Below the pieces are notes generated by a model. The model was not told the DNA's origin and did no database searches. It saw only the letters and a program-made list of their open reading frames with translations. A stretch of DNA of 32,000 bases from positions 1,020,001 through 1,052,000 of the forward strand of contig NZ_CP011304.1 of assembly GCF_000981785.2 (NCBI RefSeq), in the 5' to 3' direction. This document shows positions 26,347-32,000 of the stretch, in pieces. Every line of letters begins with the position of its first letter. Position 1 is the first letter of the stretch. The stretch comes from Microcystis aeruginosa NIES-2549. Lineage in GTDB: Bacteria > Cyanobacteriota > Cyanobacteriia > Cyanobacteriales > Microcystaceae. Both the position numbers and the translations under genes were made by a program.

Positions 26347-28074
26347 ATGAAAGAACACGATGTCGTTATAGTGGGCGGTGGGTTAGCAGGATGCCGCGCC
26401 GCCTTAGAAATCAAACGCCTCAACCCGACTATCGATGTTGCTGTCGTTGCCAAAACCCACCCAATTCGTTCCCACTCCGTCGCTGCCCAGGGAGGTATCG
26501 CCGCCGCCCTGCAAAACGTTGACCCCAAAGATAATCCCAAGGCCCACGCCTACGATACCGTCAAAGGTTCCGATTTTCTGGCTGACCAGGATGCGGTGGA
26601 TATCCTCACCCAAGAAGCCCCCGAAGTTATCATCGAATTGGAACATCTAGGCGTGTTATTCTCCCGTCTCGAAGATGGACGCATTGCCCAAAGAGCCTTT
26701 GGCGGTCACAGCCATAACCGGGCCTGTTACGCCGCCGATAAAACCGGTCACGCCATGCTGCACGAATTAGTCAGCAATTTACACCGTAATCAGGTAAAAA
26801 TCTACGATGAATGGTACGTTTTGCGCCTTATCCTCGAAGAAGGTACGGCCAAAGGCGTGGTTATGTACCAAATCGCCACCGGACAGTTAGAAATCCTTCG
26901 GGCAAAAGCAATTATGTTCGGGACGGGGGGCTATGGTCGCGTTTATAACACCACCTCCAACGATTTCGCCTGTACGGGGGACGGTTTAGCTTTATCGGCC
27001 AAAGCGGGTATTCCCCTAGAAGACATGGAATTTGTCCAATTTCACCCCACTGGACTCTATCCCGTCGGTGTTTTAATCTCAGAAGCGGTCCGGGGTGAAG
27101 GTGCTTATTTAATCAATAGCGAAGGTCGTCGTTTTATGGAAGACTACGCCCCCTCGCGCATGGAATTGGCACCCCGGGACATCACTTCCCGGGCCATTAC
27201 CCTAGAAATTCGCGCCGGCCGGGGGGTAAATCTGGACGGTAGCGCCGGGGGTCCCTTTGTCTATCTGGATTTACGCCATTTAGGCCGGGAAAAAATTATG
27301 AGTCGCATTCCCTTCTGTTGGGAGGAGGCCCACCGTCTCGTCGGTGTCGATGCGGTAGAGGAACCGATGCCCGTCCGTCCTACAGTTCACTATTGTATGG
27401 GCGGCATTCCCGTTAATACCGATGGTCGCGTTCGCTTAAGTGCCGATACCCTCACCGAGGGCTTTTTCTCCGCCGGGGAATGTTCCTGTGTCTCCGTCCA
27501 CGGGGCCAATCGTTTGGGCAGTAATTCCCTGTTAGAATGTGTGGTCTATGGCAGAAGAACCGGCAAATCGATCGCTAAATACGTCGAAAAACGCGCTTTT
27601 CCCGTCTTTAATCCCGATATTTACCTTCAGGATGCCAAAGAGGAAATCACCGCTTTATTGACCAAAAAAGGCACGATTCGCATCGGTCAACTACGTCAGC
27701 AATTCCAAGACTGTATGACCCAACATTGCGGCGTTTTTCGCACCGAAGCGACCATGCGCGAGGGAATTAAACAAATCGGCGAATTAAAGCGCCAATACGA
27801 GCAGATTTACCTCGATGATAGGGGGGATTGCTGGAATACGGAACTAATCGAGGCCTGGGAATTACAAAGTCTCATGGTGGTGGGGGAAATTATCCTCACC
27901 TCTGCCCTCAATCGTCAAGAAAGCCGAGGGGCCCATTCCCGCGAGGATTTTCCCCAACGGGATGACAAAAATTTCCTTCAGCATACCCTCGCCTATTATT
28001 CCCCCTCCGGCATCGATATCGACTATATGCCCGTAGTGATTCAGGATTTCACCCCCGTGGAACGTAAGTATTAA
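26347..28074 (+). CDS. sdhA: Succinate dehydrogenase / fumarate reductase flavoprotein subunit
   Basis: 575 aa. FAD fold: [15 protein letters not shown]. Covalent-FAD His region: [11 protein letters not shown]. Also [20 protein letters not shown]. No sdhB is adjacent. Confidence 0.9.
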   Translation: MKEHDVVIVGGGLAGCRAALEIKRLNPTIDVAVVAKTHPIRSHSVAAQGGIAAALQNVDPKDNPKAHAYDTVKGSDFLADQDAVDILTQEAPEVIIELEHLGVLFSRLEDGRIAQRAFGGHSHNRACYAADKTGHAMLHELVSNLHRNQVKIYDEWYVLRLILEEGTAKGVVMYQIATGQLEILRAKAIMFGTGGYGRVYNTTSNDFACTGDGLALSAKAGIPLEDMEFVQFHPTGLYPVGVLISEAVRGEGAYLINSEGRRFMEDYAPSRMELAPRDITSRAITLEIRAGRGVNLDGSAGGPFVYLDLRHLGREKIMSRIPFCWEEAHRLVGVDAVEEPMPVRPTVHYCMGGIPVNTDGRVRLSADTLTEGFFSAGECSCVSVHGANRLGSNSLLECVVYGRRTGKSIAKYVEKRAFPVFNPDIYLQDAKEEITALLTKKGTIRIGQLRQQFQDCMTQHCGVFRTEATMREGIKQIGELKRQYEQIYLDDRGDCWNTELIEAWELQSLMVVGEIILTSALNRQESRGAHSREDFPQRDDKNFLQHTLAYYSPSGIDIDYMPVVIQDFTPVERKY

Positions 28075-28157
28075 CCTCTGGTCGGACGGTAAATGTAAAG
28101 GAATATTACAAACTCCTTGGCATTTACCGAGATTTAGTTCTATACTAGATAAAGCAA

Positions 28158-28231
<74 letters not shown>

Positions 28232-28267
28232 TTACTAATAAAGCCAGTAGTTAACCCCGATTTCCCG

Positions 28268-28996
28268 TTAGGGAACATCGAACATTACCCTTTCAAGACA
28301 GCGATTGGGGTCAATGTAGGATTGGCGAGAATGGAGACAAGTATAATTATCCATGATCAGGATCTGTTCTGCTTTTAAATAGAGCGGAACGTGATGGGCT
28401 TCAAACAGTGCCAAAAATTTGCCACATAAAGCCATTAAACGGGAATCTAGACCAGAAGCGATCGGTTTACTAAGATCGGGGCTAAATTCCCGATAAACCA
28501 GCACATTATAGCTAAAGCGGATGATTTCGGCATCTCGTTGCCAGATTGGTGCAAAACAGCTTTCTTTGCCGTCTTTGGACATAAAATATTGAGGTTGAGC
28601 CGCCATAAAATGTTGTTCCTCAAGGGTAAAATGACGCATTAAGTCATCAAACTTAACCAAAGTCGTCGCACCCCCACCCCAACGATCCGGAGTTTTACAG
28701 CGCAAACAGAGGTATTTAGGAGGGATAGCTTTGTAGGACCATTCTGTATGAGGTAAAAGCCCAATTCCGGGGGATTGTGCATCACTTTTTCCCATAGCGT
28801 CAGGATTTGCTTTGATAGGATAGATAATCTCTCCGTTAGTTTGGATAACGGGGGTTGCTTGGGTAATATCCTCTAAACCTTGCAACCAGCGATCGCCGCA
28901 AGGGTTATCGAAGACAAAAAAACCGTTTTTTTTGAGGTGGTTTTTTAGGGTAGCTGTGGATTGAGTGAAGGGTGATAATGTGAGAATTGAAGACAT
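28268..28996 (-). CDS. TauD/TfdA-like Fe(II)/2-oxoglutarate dioxygenase (tentative)
   Basis: 242 aa. Candidate facial triad: H-x-E in LLPHTEWSY plus a distal His in CLHSRQSY, with a nearby Arg. Size and motif order fit the family. No search was run. Confidence 0.55.
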   Translation of the reverse strand: MSSILTLSPFTQSTATLKNHLKKNGFFVFDNPCGDRWLQGLEDITQATPVIQTNGEIIYPIKANPDAMGKSDAQSPGIGLLPHTEWSYKAIPPKYLCLRCKTPDRWGGGATTLVKFDDLMRHFTLEEQHFMAAQPQYFMSKDGKESCFAPIWQRDAEIIRFSYNVLVYREFSPDLSKPIASGLDSRLMALCGKFLALFEAHHVPLYLKAEQILIMDNYTCLHSRQSYIDPNRCLERVMFDVP

Positions 28997-29162
28997 AATA
29001 AGCCTCTCGAAGAAATAGAATGTTTAGAACATCCCAATCTTCTGAAAAATGCTTATAATTGACGAGATCAGAATAGGACAGATAATAAGTTCCCCTTTCT
29101 GTCTCTTTTCCGATCGAATCAGTTAGATTGATAATGGGACTCGTAGTAAATGAGTTGGATTT

Positions 29163-32000
29163 ATGTCTAAAGAACGTAAACAACGGGGTATCTTAGCCAC
29201 GCCAACCGGAAAACAAAAACTTCAGGAAGCCAAAGCTAATGGACGAAATGAGCTTGGGAAAAAGTTAACTTATGACAATATTGCTGAAAAAGCGGTAGTG
29301 GATAAGAAAACGGTTGAGCGATTTATGCGAAGACTACAACTTATTGATCGAGATAATGCGTTGGCGATTTGTCAAGCGTTAGGATTAGAGATTACTGATG
29401 TGGTTGATTCTGATGAGTGGAATTATGACGAATCATCCAACACGGAGATTAATTGGACAGAAATTTGTCAACAAGCTTTAATTAATAAACCCCTCCGGCG
29501 ATTTGCAACTGATGAACCCTGTGAGCTTGAGATATTCGTTCCTTTGGGGTTAGTGGAGCGTAAAAAACAGCAACGTCGCCCCCTTAATCAAGAAATGGAG
29601 AGAAATCAAGTCTATGAGGTGGAAGAAAAGGAAGAAATCACCCGACGCTTTGAACATGAGGAGTTTTTGAACTATATCGGTTTAGGAACAACTCAGGGAG
29701 AGAGTGATAAAAATATTGCCATTATTGGAGAGCCGGGGGCGGGAAAAACCACTTTATTGCAGAATTTAGCCCTAATTATCAGTGATCAGCAGAAAGGTTT
29801 ACCGATCTGTGTCTCTTTGGGTGCATTATCTAAGGAGCGATCGCTGATCGGTTATCTTGAGGAGACTTGGTTACGCGATGGGTTAGCGGTAGGAGAGGTG
29901 AAGGAGTCGGATAAGGCTGATTTTCGTCAATTATTTGATAAAAAACAGGTTTGGTTGCTATTAGATGGTTTAGATGAGTATTCCGCCGATTCTCCCGTAG
30001 AAGCGTTAACATGGATTGAAAATGAAGTGCGATCGGGTTATTTACAAAAGGCGCGGGTGGTGGTGTCTTGTCGAGTAAATGTCTGGGATGCCAATATTAA
30101 TCCCTTACGGGCGTTTGTTACCTATAAAACCTTAGATTTTGCCGATTTTCAGCGAGATCAGTTTATTAGGCAATGGTTCGGGAAAAAGGGCAATATAGCG
30201 TTAGGGGAACAGTTAATCGCTTGTTTGCAGGAAACGGGAAGAGAAAGGATTTGGGAGTTAGTTAAAAATCCGTTACGGTTGGTGTTATTGTGTCAAATTT
30301 GGTCGTTAGGAGAGGGAGCATTACCTGAAACCAAGGCGCAGTTTTATCAGCGTTATTTGCCTTATTTTTATGAGTGGAAACGGGAGATCCGCGATTTAAC
30401 AGATAATGATGAGTTACAAGAATTGTTACATCAAGCATTAGGAAAATTAGCTATTGCGAGTTTAGGGGGAGAATCTCGCTATCGTATGCCTAGAAAATTA
30501 GCTAAAGCCATTATGGGTAATGATTTATTTAAGTTAGCGGTAGATTTTGGGTGGTTAAATATTGTAGATCGGGATCAAGCAACGGATGAGGCGGTTTATG
30601 CGTTTTTTCATCCTACCTTTCAGGAGTTTTTTGCTGCTTGTGGGGTGGAAGATTGGGATTTCTTTTTACCCCGAAATCATGTAGATCGTCCTGTAGAGGG
30701 GAAGGTTTATCGCATTTTTGAGGCGAAATGGAAAGAGGTGATTTTGTTATGGTTGGGTAGGAGTGATGTTAAAGATGAGGAAAAAGAGGCTTTTATTAAG
30801 GCTTTAGTTGAGTTTAAGGATGGTTGTGGAGAATGGAATTTACCAGAGGTTGATCGCGGTTTTTATGAGTATAGAGCTTATTTTATGGCAGCCAACGGGA
30901 TTAAAGAATTTAATACCTGTTCTTTTGCTGATAAAATTGTGCATCAAATTATTAAATGGAATATTGTAAACGATAAACCTCTTTACATGACAACTGGATA
31001 TAAATTAGATTTTGGTAATCATTTAAAAACTCACGTTAATAAGGTTTCGTCCGTTTCGGTATTGGCTGATCATATATCAGTATATTATGCCAGTCTTCAA
31101 GAAACAGACACCAAGCGAGTGATTTCTAAGTTAATTGATCTTAGTCTCGAAAATAACTCAATACTCGAAAATAACTCAATAATAGAACTTTTGGAAATTA
31201 TTGGACAGGACAATAAAAATGCTATCATCGCACTAATAAATATGATTGAATCCCTCTCTTATAATGATGAAATACGTAGTCATGCAATAGAAAGTTTGGG
31301 TAAAATTGGAAAAGGCAATACAGAAGCAATTTCTGAATTAATAAACATTATTAAATCTACCTCCTATAATTACGAAATACGTAGTCATGCAATAAAAAGT
31401 TTGGGTGAAGTTGGAAAAGGCAATATAGAAGCAATCTCTGAACTAATAAACATTATTAAATCCAATGAATCTACCTTTTATTTTTATAATGATAAAAATG
31501 GAACACTTAATCATGCAGTAGAAAGTTTGGGTAAAATTGGAAAAGGCAATATAGAAGCAATCTCTGAATTAATAAACATGATTAAATCTACCTCCTATAA
31601 TGACGCAATACGTAGTCAAGCAATAAAAAGTCTGTGTGAAATTGGAAAAGGCAATACAGAAGCAATCTCTGAATTAATAAACATTATTAATTCTACATCC
31701 TATAATGACAAGATACGTAGTCGTGCGGCATATAGTCTAGGTAGAATCGAATCTGGCAATTCAGAGGCAATCTCTGCATTAATAAGACTAATGCAATCTC
31801 CTGATAGCAAGATAGTCAACTTTGCACTAAAGAGTCTAATTGAAATTGGCAAGAAAAATTCTGATATAATCTCTATATTAGTTGATATTATGCAATCTCA
31901 TTCTCCTGATAGCAAGATAGGCGACTTTGCCATAAAGAGTCTAGTTGAAATTGGCAAGGAAAATTCCGATATGATCCCTATATTAGTTGACATTATTCAA
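29163..32000 (+). CDS. NACHT-domain STAND NTPase with N-terminal HTH-like domain and C-terminal HEAT-repeat array (3' partial, runs off window)
   Basis: Absent from the ORF track because no stop lies in the window. Translated by hand from the ATG at 29163, it stays open for 946 codons to 32000. Walker A: IIGEPGAGKTTLL. Walker B: VWLLLDGLDE. NACHT-typical: RVVVSCR, KNPLRLVLLCQIW, FFHPTFQEFFAA. The C-terminus has repeated ...IRSHAI(E/K)SLG(K/E)IGKGN(T/I)EAISELINIIKS... HEAT-like units. Confidence 0.85.
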   Translation, partial: MSKERKQRGILATPTGKQKLQEAKANGRNELGKKLTYDNIAEKAVVDKKTVERFMRRLQLIDRDNALAICQALGLEITDVVDSDEWNYDESSNTEINWTEICQQALINKPLRRFATDEPCELEIFVPLGLVERKKQQRRPLNQEMERNQVYEVEEKEEITRRFEHEEFLNYIGLGTTQGESDKNIAIIGEPGAGKTTLLQNLALIISDQQKGLPICVSLGALSKERSLIGYLEETWLRDGLAVGEVKESDKADFRQLFDKKQVWLLLDGLDEYSADSPVEALTWIENEVRSGYLQKARVVVSCRVNVWDANINPLRAFVTYKTLDFADFQRDQFIRQWFGKKGNIALGEQLIACLQETGRERIWELVKNPLRLVLLCQIWSLGEGALPETKAQFYQRYLPYFYEWKREIRDLTDNDELQELLHQALGKLAIASLGGESRYRMPRKLAKAIMGNDLFKLAVDFGWLNIVDRDQATDEAVYAFFHPTFQEFFAACGVEDWDFFLPRNHVDRPVEGKVYRIFEAKWKEVILLWLGRSDVKDEEKEAFIKALVEFKDGCGEWNLPEVDRGFYEYRAYFMAANGIKEFNTCSFADKIVHQIIKWNIVNDKPLYMTTGYKLDFGNHLKTHVNKVSSVSVLADHISVYYASLQETDTKRVISKLIDLSLENNSILENNSIIELLEIIGQDNKNAIIALINMIESLSYNDEIRSHAIESLGKIGKGNTEAISELINIIKSTSYNYEIRSHAIKSLGEVGKGNIEAISELINIIKSNESTFYFYNDKNGTLNHAVESLGKIGKGNIEAISELINMIKSTSYNDAIRSQAIKSLCEIGKGNTEAISELINIINSTSYNDKIRSRAAYSLGRIESGNSEAISALIRLMQSPDSKIVNFALKSLIEIGKKNSDIISILVDIMQSHSPDSKIGDFAIKSLVEIGKENSDMIPILVDIIQ
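31218..31800 (+). repeat. Tandem 105-bp (35-codon) coding repeats of the HEAT array
   Basis: The gaagcaatYtctgaa landmark recurs at 31323, 31428, 31554 and 31659. Spacings are 105, 126 and 105 nt, the 126 carrying a 21-nt insertion. Units are near-identical at DNA level. Two more diverged units follow to the window end. Confidence 0.85.

Noticed and set aside
28905-29183. 92-aa minus-strand ORF in the dioxygenase/NACHT intergenic region.
   Set aside because: It overlaps the 5' ends of both better-supported genes and is AT-rich with no motif. It is probably promoter DNA.

Overview
This window is a cyanobacterial chromosomal segment. Evidence is the photosynthesis genes psbA, petJ and petE, repeated HIP1 octamers (GCGATCGC, e.g. 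near 11004, 12978, 13266, 18368, 28890, 29838), heptamer STRR-type repeats, PEP-CTERM proteins, and Uma2 and Rpn-like nuclease families. The style is Microcystis-like, but that assignment is inference only. Core genes are psbA (Q130 form), cysK, sdhA, divergent petJ and petE, initiator tRNA-Met, a beta-CASP MBL hydrolase and a DUF3352-like protein. They are interleaved with a dense mobilome. The mobilome comprises a complete group II intron with an RT/maturase/HNH ORF, a TnpB-only IS200/IS605-type element next to a 3'-truncated TauE/TSUP permease gene, a decayed IS630 element, two MITE-like repeat families and STRR heptamer arrays. Accessory content comprises a RelE/ParE toxin-antitoxin pair and a tandem array of Rpn-like nuclease paralogs that differ only in a 12-nt coding minisatellite. 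It also includes an AT-rich three-gene operon ending in an HNH nuclease. A NACHT-HEAT STAND NTPase runs off the right edge, which is why it is missing from the ORF track, and it lies divergent from a TauD/TfdA-like dioxygenase. The best candidates for something undescribed are the coiled-coil/small protein/HNH operon (14178-15790) and the dioxygenase-NACHT pair (28268-32000). A duplicated 27-nt palindromic box in the petJ-petE intergenic region is a strong candidate operator for the copper switch. No homology search was possible, so all family calls rest on motifs read from the translations.
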